From an uncultured Nannocystaceae bacterium (lineage in GTDB: Bacteria; Myxococcota_A; Bradymonadia; UBA7976; UBA1532): 64,000 nt of DNA. This document shows positions 9,271-18,456 of the stretch, in pieces. The stretch lies in the NCBI GenBank assembly GCA_964384025.1, contig CAYLJJ010000001.1, positions 103,601 to 167,600 on the forward strand, written 5' to 3'. Within the stretch, counting starts at the first letter, position 1. Each line of letters starts with the position of its first letter. The notes beneath the pieces are model-generated. The model ran no database searches and was not told the DNA's origin. It worked only from the letters and a program-made list of their open reading frames with translations. A program made the position numbers and the translations under genes.

Positions 9271-11085
9271 TTGGGACGCCTGTTTGCGATCAGCCTGATC
9301 CTGCTCCAGGGCTGGGCTTGGGCTGAAGAGAGCTACGATATAGATGTCCAGAATTTTCGCCCCGCGATGGACTCCAAGGGCTTTATCAGCCTGGATCGCT
9401 CCAAAGCCTTGGGGACTCTGGAGCCCAGCATCGGCCTCTACCTCAATTATGCGTTCAAACCCCTCCGACAGAAGATCGACGGAGAGCAGCGAGAACTGCT
9501 GGAGTCTTATGGAACGGGTGACTTTGTGCTGGCTCTGGGCTTTTTTAACCTCTTTGAGGTGGGGGCAGCTCTCCCCATCGTCATCATTCGAGGGGATGGA
9601 GATGGTCCTGGTCGGGAGGATCAGATCGCGGGGGATGGTTTTGGAGATATGCGCCTTAACTTAAAGCTTCGCATCTTGGATCGAGAAGCTTATCCGGTGG
9701 GCTTAGCTCTGGTTCCCAGCCTGCTTCTCCCGACAGGTGAGGCGGGGATCTTCGCCTCTCATGGAAAGATGAGCATTCTCCCTAAGTTGGTCATCGACTG
9801 GGATCTGGGCTCCCGCGTGGGGATGGCCCTGAACCTGGGTGCTCGTCTCCGAGAGAAGCGCAGCTTGGAGAGATCGGTCAGCTTTGAAGATGAGAATGGG
9901 CAGCTTCACACTTTGGCACGAGAAGATCCCATCATCTTGGGCAATGAGCTGCTCTTTGGCTTTGGTCTGGGGGTTCAGGTGTTTAAGGAGCGCTTGGAGT
10001 TTATTCTAGAGAGTTTTGGCTCCTCTCCTTTGGAGGGGGGTGCTCAAAGAGCCAACCCCTTGGAGGTCCTGGCAGCCTTTCGTTTCTTCCTCTCTGGAAA
10101 CTCCTACCTCTCTTTGGGCGCCAGCCATGGCCTGATGGCTGCTTATGGAGATCCAGATCTTCGGCTCTTCGCGGGGATCCTCTTTGAGCCCTCCACAGGT
10201 GATCGTGATGGGGATGGCCTACCCGATGACATCGACAGCTGCCCTGATGATCCTGAGGATAAGGATCTCTTTGAAGATCAGGACGGCTGTCCAGATCTCG
10301 ACAACGATAAAGATGGCATTTTAGATATCAATGATCTCTGCCCCAACGATCCTGAAGATTTCAATCGTTTTGAAGATCATGATGGCTGCCCCGATGACAC
10401 CCGAGATCGAGATGGAGATGGGGTGGTCGATTCCAAAGATCTCTGCCCTGACGAGCCTGAAGATCAAGATAACTTCCAGGATGAAGATGGCTGCCCTGAT
10501 CTTGACAACGATGGGGATGGCATCCCGGATCGACATGATGACTGCCCTGATCAAGCTGAAGATCCAGATGGCTTTAAAGATGAGGATGGCTGCCCTGAGC
10601 TTGACAATGATGGGGATGGCATCCTGGATCGCAGGGATCGCTGTCCCAATAAGCCAGAGAACTTCAACGGAATTGAGGATGAGGATGGTTGCCCTGAGGC
10701 TCCTAAGAAGATCGTGATTACGGGGGGTAAGATCCGAGCGTTGGAGAAGATCTACTTTGAGACCAGCAAAGCGGTCATCAAGAGTGAGAGCTATGAAATC
10801 CTCAGCCAAGTGGCTGAGACGCTCCAGGCAAACCCACAGATCAGCAAGGTCGAGATCCAAGGGCATACAGACAGTCGGGGAAAGGCCAGCTACAACCTGA
10901 GGCTCTCAGAACGTAGGGCCGCTGCAGTGCGCACACACCTCATCGAGCAGGGTGTTGAGGGGGCTCGCCTCGTGGCCCGGGGCTATGGAGAGGAGGAGCC
11001 TATCGATCCCAGTGAGAATGTTCAGGCTTACAGCAAAAATCGTCGTGTGGAGTTCGTCATTCTAGAGGAGGGTGGGAGCCCCTGA
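9271..11085 (+). CDS. OmpA family outer-membrane protein with thrombospondin type 3 (Ca-binding) repeats
   Basis: About 8 repeats of the form DxDxDGxxDxxDxCPxxxED (e.g. DRDGDGLPDDIDSCPDDPEDKD). C-terminal OmpA domain with TDSRG..YNLRLSERRA..NRRVEFVI. I start at TTG 9271 because GGGAGG lies 4 nt upstream and gives the signal peptide MGRLFAISLILLQGWAWA. The track ORF begins at TTG 9211. Confidence 0.8.
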   Translation: MGRLFAISLILLQGWAWAEESYDIDVQNFRPAMDSKGFISLDRSKALGTLEPSIGLYLNYAFKPLRQKIDGEQRELLESYGTGDFVLALGFFNLFEVGAALPIVIIRGDGDGPGREDQIAGDGFGDMRLNLKLRILDREAYPVGLALVPSLLLPTGEAGIFASHGKMSILPKLVIDWDLGSRVGMALNLGARLREKRSLERSVSFEDENGQLHTLAREDPIILGNELLFGFGLGVQVFKERLEFILESFGSSPLEGGAQRANPLEVLAAFRFFLSGNSYLSLGASHGLMAAYGDPDLRLFAGILFEPSTGDRDGDGLPDDIDSCPDDPEDKDLFEDQDGCPDLDNDKDGILDINDLCPNDPEDFNRFEDHDGCPDDTRDRDGDGVVDSKDLCPDEPEDQDNFQDEDGCPDLDNDGDGIPDRHDDCPDQAEDPDGFKDEDGCPELDNDGDGILDRRDRCPNKPENFNGIEDEDGCPEAPKKIVITGGKIRALEKIYFETSKAVIKSESYEILSQVAETLQANPQISKVEIQGHTDSRGKASYNLRLSERRAAAVRTHLIEQGVEGARLVARGYGEEEPIDPSENVQAYSKNRRVEFVILEEGGSP

Positions 11086-11154
11086 ATTGACGCTTCTGCG
11101 CTTGCTGCCCCAGAGGAAGCAAGTTAAGCTGCGCCCAACCACAGGAGAGGTTGT

Positions 11155-11583
11155 ATGTCAAAGAAGAAGAAGAAGAAGAAGAATAAGAAGAAGAATAAAA
11201 ACAAGAAGCATCAAAAGAACGCTGGGAATCCCATCCAATCGATGCTCTTAGGTGGAGTGATCGTCGCGCTCCTCTGTGTCTTTTTCTTTGTTAAGATCTC
11301 AGGTGCGACCCCCTTTAATCATCTCCTCGAACTCATCCCAGGAGAGGAGCAGGTTCAAGAAGAGAGGACCCCAGCCAAGGTCAAGCCCAAGATCCCAGCT
11401 CAGGTCAAGCCCAAGCTTCCAATTCAGGTCAAACCCAAAGAGGTCAAGCCTACGCCTAAGGCTGTTGAAGCTGCGCCCAAGGCTGTTGAAGCCGCTCCTA
11501 AGGCTGTTGAGGCTCTCCCCAAGGCTGTCGAAGCCGCTCCTGTAAAAGCTCCTGTAAAAGCTCCAGAGAAGAAAAACCCGTGA
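11155..11583 (+). CDS. small membrane protein with a poly-lysine N-terminus and KPK / AVEAAPK repeats
   Basis: ATG at 11155 with AGGAGAGG 5 nt upstream. N-terminus MSKKKKKKKNKKKNKNKK is encoded by (AAG)7. One TM helix LLGGVIVALLCVFFFV. Repeats VKPKIPAQVKPKLPIQVKPK and (PKAVEAA)x4. Confidence 0.6.
   Translation: MSKKKKKKKNKKKNKNKKHQKNAGNPIQSMLLGGVIVALLCVFFFVKISGATPFNHLLELIPGEEQVQEERTPAKVKPKIPAQVKPKLPIQVKPKEVKPTPKAVEAAPKAVEAAPKAVEALPKAVEAAPVKAPVKAPEKKNP
11161..11181 (+). repeat. (AAG)7 trinucleotide tract encoding the poly-Lys N-terminus
   Basis: aagaagaagaagaagaagaag directly after ATG-TCA at 11155. Further AAG/AAT codons extend to 11220. Confidence 0.9.
11458..11541 (+). repeat. four 21-bp tandem repeats (aaggctgttgaagc.gc.cc.) encoding (PKAVEAA)x4
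   Basis: Read directly from the sequence at the 3' end of the 11155 gene. Confidence 0.8.
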
Positions 11584-11936
11584 AGTTGCTCTTACTGCTC
11601 TCTCTTTTAGGGAGCAGTGTACTCTCACTCTGGGTGCTTCAACAGGAGTATCAAGGGCGGAGTCAACTTGAAGCGATCACCCGGATCAGAAGCGCCCGCT
11701 TTGGAGAGCATGTCAGCAGCCGCATTGAACTCTATCTCAAAAGCCTGGATCCTCAACTCAAGCTGGTTTGGAGCGCTGAGCCTCAGGGGCTCCTGGGGCC
11801 TCCTGTTCGGGTGAGTGGAAAAGGCCCTGGCCATCATTACTACTTCCTGGTCCAGGCTGATGACTCCATCGAAGGCCTAGATCAGAACAGCCAAGCGCTG
11901 ATCCAAGCCACCCGAGAGTGGTCAGAACCTCCCTGA
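11580..11936 (+). CDS. hypothetical secreted protein
   Basis: GTGA overlap with the upstream gene. N-terminal signal-like MKLLLLLSLLGSSVLSLWV. Confidence 0.45.
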   Translation: MKLLLLLSLLGSSVLSLWVLQQEYQGRSQLEAITRIRSARFGEHVSSRIELYLKSLDPQLKLVWSAEPQGLLGPPVRVSGKGPGHHYYFLVQADDSIEGLDQNSQALIQATREWSEPP

Positions 11937-12413
11937 AACTTCAGCCTCTTCACAAAGATCATCATCCACCCAAGGATCTCCCGATTCATCCAATTCCCCC
12001 TCTTGGATCCCCAAGCTTTGGAGGAGGCGATCAGCATCAAAGGCCTCCAGTTCACAGCCCTCATCCTCCTCAAGATTGGCGCCCGTGCTGCGGACGCGAT
12101 ACCAACCAGGCTCTAGGCGCTCCAACAGGAAGGGCATCTCCCAGCGATCCAGGGCAGGATCGCGTCCGCTGCGGTTGGAGAGGTTCTCGCGGATAAACTC
12201 AGTGAAGCCCTCAGGATCCCGAGGAGAGGGAGGATCGCTGCTCTCCTCCAGGGCTCGGCTGATGAGCTGTAGCTCCTGTTGGGTAAAGAGGGCCCGAGCC
12301 CCGTTGACGATGATCCCTAAAGCTCGTTTTCCGATACGGGCGCTCCAAAAGAGACCGATGAGGAGCAGGAGCAGAGGGAGTGCTCGACGAAAGAGAGAGA
12401 ACAGTGCTCTCAC
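11922..12413 (-). CDS. hypothetical membrane-anchored acidic protein
   Basis: The track ORF runs to 12587. A GTG at 12413 (residue V59) forms a GTGA overlap with the stop of the upstream CNBD gene, and the product then begins VRALFSLFRRALPLLLLLIGLFW (a TM helix). The upstream 58 codons overlap the neighbouring gene. Confidence 0.45.
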   Translation of the reverse strand: MRALFSLFRRALPLLLLLIGLFWSARIGKRALGIIVNGARALFTQQELQLISRALEESSDPPSPRDPEGFTEFIRENLSNRSGRDPALDRWEMPFLLERLEPGWYRVRSTGANLEEDEGCELEAFDADRLLQSLGIQEGELDESGDPWVDDDLCEEAEVSGRF

Positions 12414-14428
12414 AGCGCTTCCAGTCGCGCCGCACAGATGCGATCTAGGCGCAGAAGGCTCTCCATATCCTCTACCAAGATCTCTCTCCAGGCTTCTGCA
12501 GGGATCCGGTGCAGGAGCAGCGCCTCTACCGCCCGCACAGTCGCCGTACGACAACCCCCTTTTAGGGCCACCACCTCCCCAAACCAATCACCGGGACCCA
12601 GCTCGGCGACGCTGTAACAGCTCCCTCCCTCTTCCTTCTCTATCCGTAGTCGCCCCACCTCGTTGAGATAGACCCCATCTTCTTCCTCTTCGCCCTGCTC
12701 TATGACCGCGACTCCAGGAGGAACCTCTAGGATAGAGCAGCGCGCCAGGAGCGCGCTGAGGCGCCCAGGTGAAGCAGCGGTGAGCCCAGGCAGGCGCCTC
12801 AGCATCGAGACCGCACGGATGGTATCGACGATCTCTTCTCCAGCCTGGATCCCTGCCTTAAAGTCCTCCTGAGAGATGCTCAAGACCAGCGCCGACTCCA
12901 TGGCGCGTACGGTAGCGTTGCGCTGCCCAGAGGAGACTAGGGCGATCTCTCCAAAGAAGGAGTGTGCTTCTAGCTCAGCGACTCCATGAATCAGGCCGCT
13001 CTCCTCTTCCCATTCTACCCGTGCACGACCTTCGGCAAGGAAGCAGAGGCGATCACCAGGATCCCCCTGTCTGAGGATCAGCTCCCCCTCCTGATAGGGC
13101 TCTCGCTTAAGGATCTCCGCCAGGGCTTGGCCTTGAGCCAAGGGTCTTAGATATTCGATCGCCTCAGCCGCTCGACGAAAAGCCCTCAACTCTTCAACCC
13201 GCGCGATCTGCCGAATCCAACGGGGCTTGGGCTCTAGGAGCTGAACAAGGATGACAAAGATGAGACCCACAAGGGAGGCGCTGAGAACGACCACGAGTAG
13301 AAAGAGGAGGAGACTGATCCCCAGGAGGCTCCAAGGGCGCTCCCCTTGCACCAGGAGCTGGGCCACCATACGAAGCACGGTAGGAAGGTATTGCTCTCCC
13401 AGTAAGCTTAGGAGCAGCAAGCCATGCAGAAGCCAACTGGAGACCAGGATGAGATAACGCCACTCTCCTCGGGTCATTCCTTGGCTCCGCCTTAGGTTGC
13501 GGCCCACTTGGCGGATAAGGAAACGTAGAGTTCTGCGCCTGAGTTTGGGGATACCGGTTAAGATCCCGGCGATATGCCAAGCATCTGTTTTTAGATAGGG
13601 GGCTAGATCCAGCAGAAGGAGCAGCAGCACGACCCCGGTAAAGAGCGGCGCCTCCAAGAACCGACCAAAAGCGAAGAGAAAACAGAGGCTGGCGAGTCCT
13701 CCCAGCGCCAGCTTGAGGCGTTGTTGGGCTGAGGCGGCGCGTCTGCTTGAGAGATCAAAGGCTAGATAGACACCCCAGGGGCGCAAACGTAGAAAGGCCC
13801 GAGGTACTGGCAGCTCAAAGCTTCTGAGCATCCAAGCTTTAAAGAGGCTTCTGAAGCTGAAGAGCATGCTTGGGAAGAGGATAAGGGCGAAGAAGAGAGC
13901 CAGAGGGGAGTTAAGCGCAGGGATCGGGTTCCAACTCTGAGGGCCTCCTAAGAGGCCGTAGAGCAGCGCCAGCAGCGCCAGAAGGAAGCTGAAGCTCCAG
14001 AAGTGCTGGGGGAGGAGTTTTCCAGGTACGGAGAGGATTCTCAAGGCTGGAAGAGGGAGTTGGCCTCGGATGCGGAGGCTGGGGGGCCCAAAGATGGGCG
14101 CATCTACACCCTCCAAGAGGCCTCGCTGATAGAGCCTGCGCAGGAGCCCTAAGATCTTCAAGGGTTGTAACCTGGGTTTGAGTTCCAGGCCCGCTCTGAG
14201 GATCATATCTAGGCTTCTGCCATCCAAAAATGGGAGGATCTGCTCCTCATCTGGGCTGAGGTCGAGAGCTCCCTGGGAACCAATCACTCTCCCCGCCTCT
14301 AAGCGCCCTAGAAATTTAGGTCTCTGGATCTGCACTCCATCTCCTCTTCCAGAGGGCTGACATCCCCTTGGGTTTATGGACTGTGCTTCTTCTGCCATGA
14401 GCTTGAAGAGACAACAGATGGCTGTCAA
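12410..14428 (-). CDS. polytopic membrane protein with two C-terminal cyclic-nucleotide-binding (CAP-type) domains
   Basis: Multiple hydrophobic helices in the central region. Two CNBDs in the C-terminal third: FGEIALVSSGQRNATVRA and FGEVVALKGGCRTATVRAVE. Alternative start at Met11 (14398). Confidence 0.7.
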   Translation of the reverse strand: MTAICCLFKLMAEEAQSINPRGCQPSGRGDGVQIQRPKFLGRLEAGRVIGSQGALDLSPDEEQILPFLDGRSLDMILRAGLELKPRLQPLKILGLLRRLYQRGLLEGVDAPIFGPPSLRIRGQLPLPALRILSVPGKLLPQHFWSFSFLLALLALLYGLLGGPQSWNPIPALNSPLALFFALILFPSMLFSFRSLFKAWMLRSFELPVPRAFLRLRPWGVYLAFDLSSRRAASAQQRLKLALGGLASLCFLFAFGRFLEAPLFTGVVLLLLLLDLAPYLKTDAWHIAGILTGIPKLRRRTLRFLIRQVGRNLRRSQGMTRGEWRYLILVSSWLLHGLLLLSLLGEQYLPTVLRMVAQLLVQGERPWSLLGISLLLFLLVVVLSASLVGLIFVILVQLLEPKPRWIRQIARVEELRAFRRAAEAIEYLRPLAQGQALAEILKREPYQEGELILRQGDPGDRLCFLAEGRARVEWEEESGLIHGVAELEAHSFFGEIALVSSGQRNATVRAMESALVLSISQEDFKAGIQAGEEIVDTIRAVSMLRRLPGLTAASPGRLSALLARCSILEVPPGVAVIEQGEEEEDGVYLNEVGRLRIEKEEGGSCYSVAELGPGDWFGEVVALKGGCRTATVRAVEALLLHRIPAEAWREILVEDMESLLRLDRICAARLEAL

Positions 14429-14575
14429 GTTGAGCGTCTATCAGCTTGATTTTTTGAGAGCAGGGGCTCAGAAAATCAACACTCTGTTCTCTAAAGTCTT
14501 GATTTTACTTAAAAATATGATTGGTTCTATTTTTGCTCGCGGCACGGGCCGCCTTTTGAGTCCCAGGAGTCTCTC
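14429..14575. promoter_or_regulatory. divergent intergenic region between the CNBD membrane protein gene and the beta-propeller lipoprotein gene
   Basis: 147-bp AT-richer spacer (ttttgagagcaggggctcagaaaatcaacactctgttctctaaagtcttgattttacttaaaaatatgattgg) between two divergent starts. No specific promoter boxes assigned. Confidence 0.25.
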
Positions 14576-17500
14576 ATGCCCAAATCCTCTCTCATTTCAC
14601 TGCTCCTCTCCCTCTCTCTGCTTCCTCTCTTGGGGTGTGAGGAGGAGGGAAGCTGCCGATCTTCAGAGCCCGCCGCTCCCGCTGAGCCCGCTGCCCCTCA
14701 GGCTCCTGAGGGCTCCATCAGCCCTGACGGTTTTCTACCCCCAACCGCCCCTGGTGAAGTTCCTGCTTTAGACCCAAGCATCTTTCCCCTTAAGGGAGAG
14801 ATGGAGTTTACGACAGCCAATGAAAATGAGCTGCTCTCCAACGGGATGAATGGCTATATCGGTCAAAATGGTCGGGATGTTTTGGGCGATATGGATGGAG
14901 ACTTTGCAGGTGAAGCTGAGCCAGGCGCTGCGGGTAACCCCAACGCTCCTCCAGCAGAGGAGGCGGTCCCAGATCCCAGCCGAGAGATTGTCGAGGCGGA
15001 TGTCTACAAATTAGAGGGCGATCTTCTCTATGTGCTTAATCGCTTTCGAGGTCTAGCGATCATCGATGTCTCCGATCCCTCTGAGATGCAGGTCATCGGT
15101 CGCCTCCCCTTCCAGGCGATGCCGATCGAGATGTATGTTCGCGAGGGCCGCGCCTATATCGTCATGAGCGATCATTTTGTTTATTGGCAGTATGATCCCG
15201 ACGCTGATCCTCAGGGTTTCCATGGCAGCCAAGTAATGATCGCCGATGTCAGCGATCCTCAGAACCCAAAGCAGATGGGTAGCCTACATGTAGATGGTGA
15301 GGTCACCGATACCCGGATGGTGGGGGATGTGCTCTACGCTGTGAGTAAGCGCCGTGCGGACTATTGGCGCTATAACACCGCCGACTGGGAAGATCGGACC
15401 TGGATTGTCTCTCTTAACATCAGCGATCCCAGCCAGATTCATGAGATCGATCGCATCACCTTCTCCGGTACCAGCACTCTTATCCATGTCGCTCATCACG
15501 CCATTTTTGTTGCTGCTTGGGACCCTAACTACTATCTGACCGATGGCCTCAATGAGCAGGAGACCTTGGTGACCTATGTGGATATCAGTGATCCAGAAGG
15601 AGCGCTTTCGAAGCGTGGGCATGTCTATATCCCAGGTCAGATCGCCGATAAGTTCAAGATGGACTGGTTTGAGGGCAGCCTTCGCGTCATCTCTCAGCGA
15701 TGGAGGAGTGATGGGAATATCGGCTTGCACATCGTACATACAAACCACCCTGATGAGTTGGAGATCGACGCCAATTTGGAGGTAGATGGGGTCACTCGCA
15801 GCGGTCTACGCGCTACCCGCTTCCAAGGAGATCGTGCCTTCGCCATGACCTCCTACTACGAAAACTACAGAAACGGTAGCGGCTACCGAAACCGCATCCG
15901 CGAACTGCACACCTTAGATCTCAGCGACGCTGACCACCCTGAGCATGTCGCTCAGGCCCGCATCGATCTGGACATCAGCCACTTTGAGATCCATGAGGAT
16001 CGCCTGCTGGCCTTGGGCAGCAACCACGAGCGCTGGAACGATCGTCGGGTGGTCCTGGCACTCTATGATATCTCCAACCTGGAGAACCCTGAAGAGCTGG
16101 CTCTAGAACGTTTAGGTGAGGGCAACAGCAGCAGCGGGGCCAACAATGATTATAAGGCTCTCAAGGTTTATCGAGATCTGGAGCTGATCCTGATCCCTCT
16201 GAACTACTGGGTCCGCGACAACAACAACCACAATCGCAGCTTTCAGGGCGTTCAGTTGGTAGACTGGCGTGGTGATCGCATTATTGAGCGGGGTCGTGTC
16301 GCCAACTTTGGAGGGGTCCGCCGCGCTTTCCCGGTCAATGATGAGCAGATCATCGCTGTGGGAGAGCGAGCCATCAGCAGCATCAATATCCAGGACAGAG
16401 ACAATCCCGAGGTAGAAGAGGTCATCAACCTCATCCATCAAGTCCATGACATCTATAATATCCAGGATCTCCAGGTGCAGTTTGTCACCGACATCTATGA
16501 AAACAGCGTAGAGATCCAAGTGCGGGAGTTCGCCAAGGAGGACAATGGCCCTCTGTTGGCGCGCTTGATCTTGCCCTACTACCATACGCCCAGCGTCTAT
16601 CAAGATGGCGATGTTCTACACCTCATCGGTTATGAGCACGGCAATGGTCAGACAGTTCGCAATGTAGATCTCAGCGATCCCCGTGATCCTCAACTCAGAG
16701 GACAGCTCATCTTGGTCAATGAATATGAGCGCATCTATAACCAGGGGCAGAGCTACTACGCCCGCTACTGGAGCCCCTACGCTGGCCTTCCCCTACGCAA
16801 CCAGATCCTCCCCGCGACCTTCCGGCATATCGTTGAAGATGAGACAGGACGCCGTGATTTCCAGAGCGAGCTGCGCTTCTTGGACCTTCGTGACGTCGAT
16901 AACCCCCGTATCGCTGATGGTGTGGTCCCCATGAATGAGTTTCCTTTTGTCAATAAGGTGACCCACGGTCAGATCCTCTACAGCACCCATGTGGAGCAAG
17001 CCACCAGTGAACAGGGAGAGTCCCTCCTCTACCACGTGCGCAGCTATGTAGATCGCATCGACCTCAGTGACCCCGATCACCCCGAGATGCTGCCCAGCAT
17101 CAATGTCCCTGGTTATCTGGTCGATGTCAGCGAGGATGGGCAAGTTTGGTTCACCGTCGATTTTCAGTGGGACAACTTTGGACGGCGTCGCAACAGCCTC
17201 AATGTCCTACGTCAAATCAGCGATCATCAGGTAGAGCTGATCACCATGATCCCTGTCGCTGATCAGATCGACCGAGCGCTCTATCGCCCCAGCGCTGAGG
17301 CTGCCAAGTCCATCTGGCTCGCCGCTCACAAATATCCCTGGTGGGGCGTACGCAGCGACACCGTCGCCAGCCGCCAGCCCTACACCGTGCTACAGAACTT
17401 CAATATCGACGCAGAGGGTCAGCTGGTTGGCCAGACCCGAGCGACCGTGGCGGGCTATCACTTTGATCTCCTGGACATCGAAGCGCAGCGAGCCTATCTG

Positions 17501-17692
17501 GCCAGCACGGGACCCTGGGGCCTCCTGGTCCTGGATGTCTCTGACGCCGCCCAGCCTGTCGTACGCTACGCTGCTCGCAGCATCGGCTATCTAAGCCGCA
17601 TCGTCCTCCATGGTCTCTACGCCTATACCCCTCTGGGTTGGTATGGGATCCATCGCTATCAAGTAGAGCAGGAGAGCAGCGAGGCGCTCTAA
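14576..17692 (+). CDS. large lipoprotein, predicted beta-propeller type
   Basis: Lipobox LLPLLGC. 1038 aa, rich in repeated beta-strand-like blocks (LYVLNRFRGLAIIDVSDPSEMQVIG ...). No recognisable catalytic motif. Confidence 0.5.
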   Translation: MPKSSLISLLLSLSLLPLLGCEEEGSCRSSEPAAPAEPAAPQAPEGSISPDGFLPPTAPGEVPALDPSIFPLKGEMEFTTANENELLSNGMNGYIGQNGRDVLGDMDGDFAGEAEPGAAGNPNAPPAEEAVPDPSREIVEADVYKLEGDLLYVLNRFRGLAIIDVSDPSEMQVIGRLPFQAMPIEMYVREGRAYIVMSDHFVYWQYDPDADPQGFHGSQVMIADVSDPQNPKQMGSLHVDGEVTDTRMVGDVLYAVSKRRADYWRYNTADWEDRTWIVSLNISDPSQIHEIDRITFSGTSTLIHVAHHAIFVAAWDPNYYLTDGLNEQETLVTYVDISDPEGALSKRGHVYIPGQIADKFKMDWFEGSLRVISQRWRSDGNIGLHIVHTNHPDELEIDANLEVDGVTRSGLRATRFQGDRAFAMTSYYENYRNGSGYRNRIRELHTLDLSDADHPEHVAQARIDLDISHFEIHEDRLLALGSNHERWNDRRVVLALYDISNLENPEELALERLGEGNSSSGANNDYKALKVYRDLELILIPLNYWVRDNNNHNRSFQGVQLVDWRGDRIIERGRVANFGGVRRAFPVNDEQIIAVGERAISSINIQDRDNPEVEEVINLIHQVHDIYNIQDLQVQFVTDIYENSVEIQVREFAKEDNGPLLARLILPYYHTPSVYQDGDVLHLIGYEHGNGQTVRNVDLSDPRDPQLRGQLILVNEYERIYNQGQSYYARYWSPYAGLPLRNQILPATFRHIVEDETGRRDFQSELRFLDLRDVDNPRIADGVVPMNEFPFVNKVTHGQILYSTHVEQATSEQGESLLYHVRSYVDRIDLSDPDHPEMLPSINVPGYLVDVSEDGQVWFTVDFQWDNFGRRRNSLNVLRQISDHQVELITMIPVADQIDRALYRPSAEAAKSIWLAAHKYPWWGVRSDTVASRQPYTVLQNFNIDAEGQLVGQTRATVAGYHFDLLDIEAQRAYLASTGPWGLLVLDVSDAAQPVVRYAARSIGYLSRIVLHGLYAYTPLGWYGIHRYQVEQESSEAL

Positions 17693-18456
17693 CACCAAGT
17701 CGCCCGCCAAGGGGGCCTCGGAAGCTCCTGAAAACGCCTCACCAACTCTGAGAGGGTATAGGTCCGCAGCCCTCGACGCTGAATCAACTTCAACAGCTCG
17801 TCTAAAAGCGTGGCGATCCCTCCGGAGCGTCGCAGGGGAGCCAGCTGCTCAGGGCGGAGGCTGGGCAGAGGTCCCAGCGCCTTGGCTGCCTCATAGCTGC
17901 TCAGATCCTGAGCGCCCAGATACCACTGAAGGGGGTGCCAAGCCAGCACCTTAAGCCCTGGTTGTTCTAGAAAAAGAGCTCTGAGATCGATGGGACGACC
18001 CTCAGCGAGGTGTGCTGCGTCAGACCAGACATAGGGAACTCGGATCAAACCAAAGAAGCTCTGAAAAACCTCAAGATTGGGGTGATCAAAGAGCTGGAGG
18101 CTGCTGTCATAGATCAGCCCGTGGGCGCAGAGACGCCGGAGCAGGGGGCTGGATTGGATCAGGCAGTGGCTTCGGCTTCCCTGCGCTCCTGGAAACCACT
18201 CCTTAAGCTGGATCAGCACCTCATCGATGCTCTCTCCCTGACTACTCCCTGGCGCAAAATTGGGATGCCAAGCACGCTCTAGGTTAGGGGACAGCCGTTC
18301 CAGGCTGGGGCAGGGCTGGGTAGCAAAGAGGGTCGCTGAGACCCCATACGCTTGAAGAACGCTGATCAGCTCAGCCAACACAAACTCTGGGGCCCAATCT
18401 AGATCAAAGGTCAGGGCCAAGCTCTGTAGACCTCCTTGGTTGTAGAAACACCTCAC
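17689..18456 (-). CDS. polysaccharide deacetylase-like protein (NodB / CE4 fold)
   Basis: N-terminal LALTFDLDWAPEFVLAELISVLQAYGVSATLFAT matches the CE4 N-terminal pattern (TFDDG...ATFF) with variant Asp spacing. Its stop codon overlaps the stop of the convergent lipoprotein gene on the opposite strand. Confidence 0.5.
   Translation of the reverse strand: MRCFYNQGGLQSLALTFDLDWAPEFVLAELISVLQAYGVSATLFATQPCPSLERLSPNLERAWHPNFAPGSSQGESIDEVLIQLKEWFPGAQGSRSHCLIQSSPLLRRLCAHGLIYDSSLQLFDHPNLEVFQSFFGLIRVPYVWSDAAHLAEGRPIDLRALFLEQPGLKVLAWHPLQWYLGAQDLSSYEAAKALGPLPSLRPEQLAPLRRSGGIATLLDELLKLIQRRGLRTYTLSELVRRFQELPRPPWRATWC

Noticed and set aside
9078-9326. 82-codon ORF upstream of and overlapping the ompA-like start
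   Set aside because: It spans the Shine-Dalgarno and signal-peptide region of the OmpA gene in another frame and has no start context. Treated as spurious.
11086-11150. Hairpin cttgct-N11-agcaag after the ompA-like gene as an intrinsic terminator
   Set aside because: It has an imperfect short stem and no following U-tract, and lies immediately before the Shine-Dalgarno of the next gene. Not supportable.
12076-12666. 196-codon plus-strand ORF across the 11922/12410 gene junction
   Set aside because: Antisense to two coupled minus-strand genes. The product is an Arg/Ser/Pro low-complexity string.
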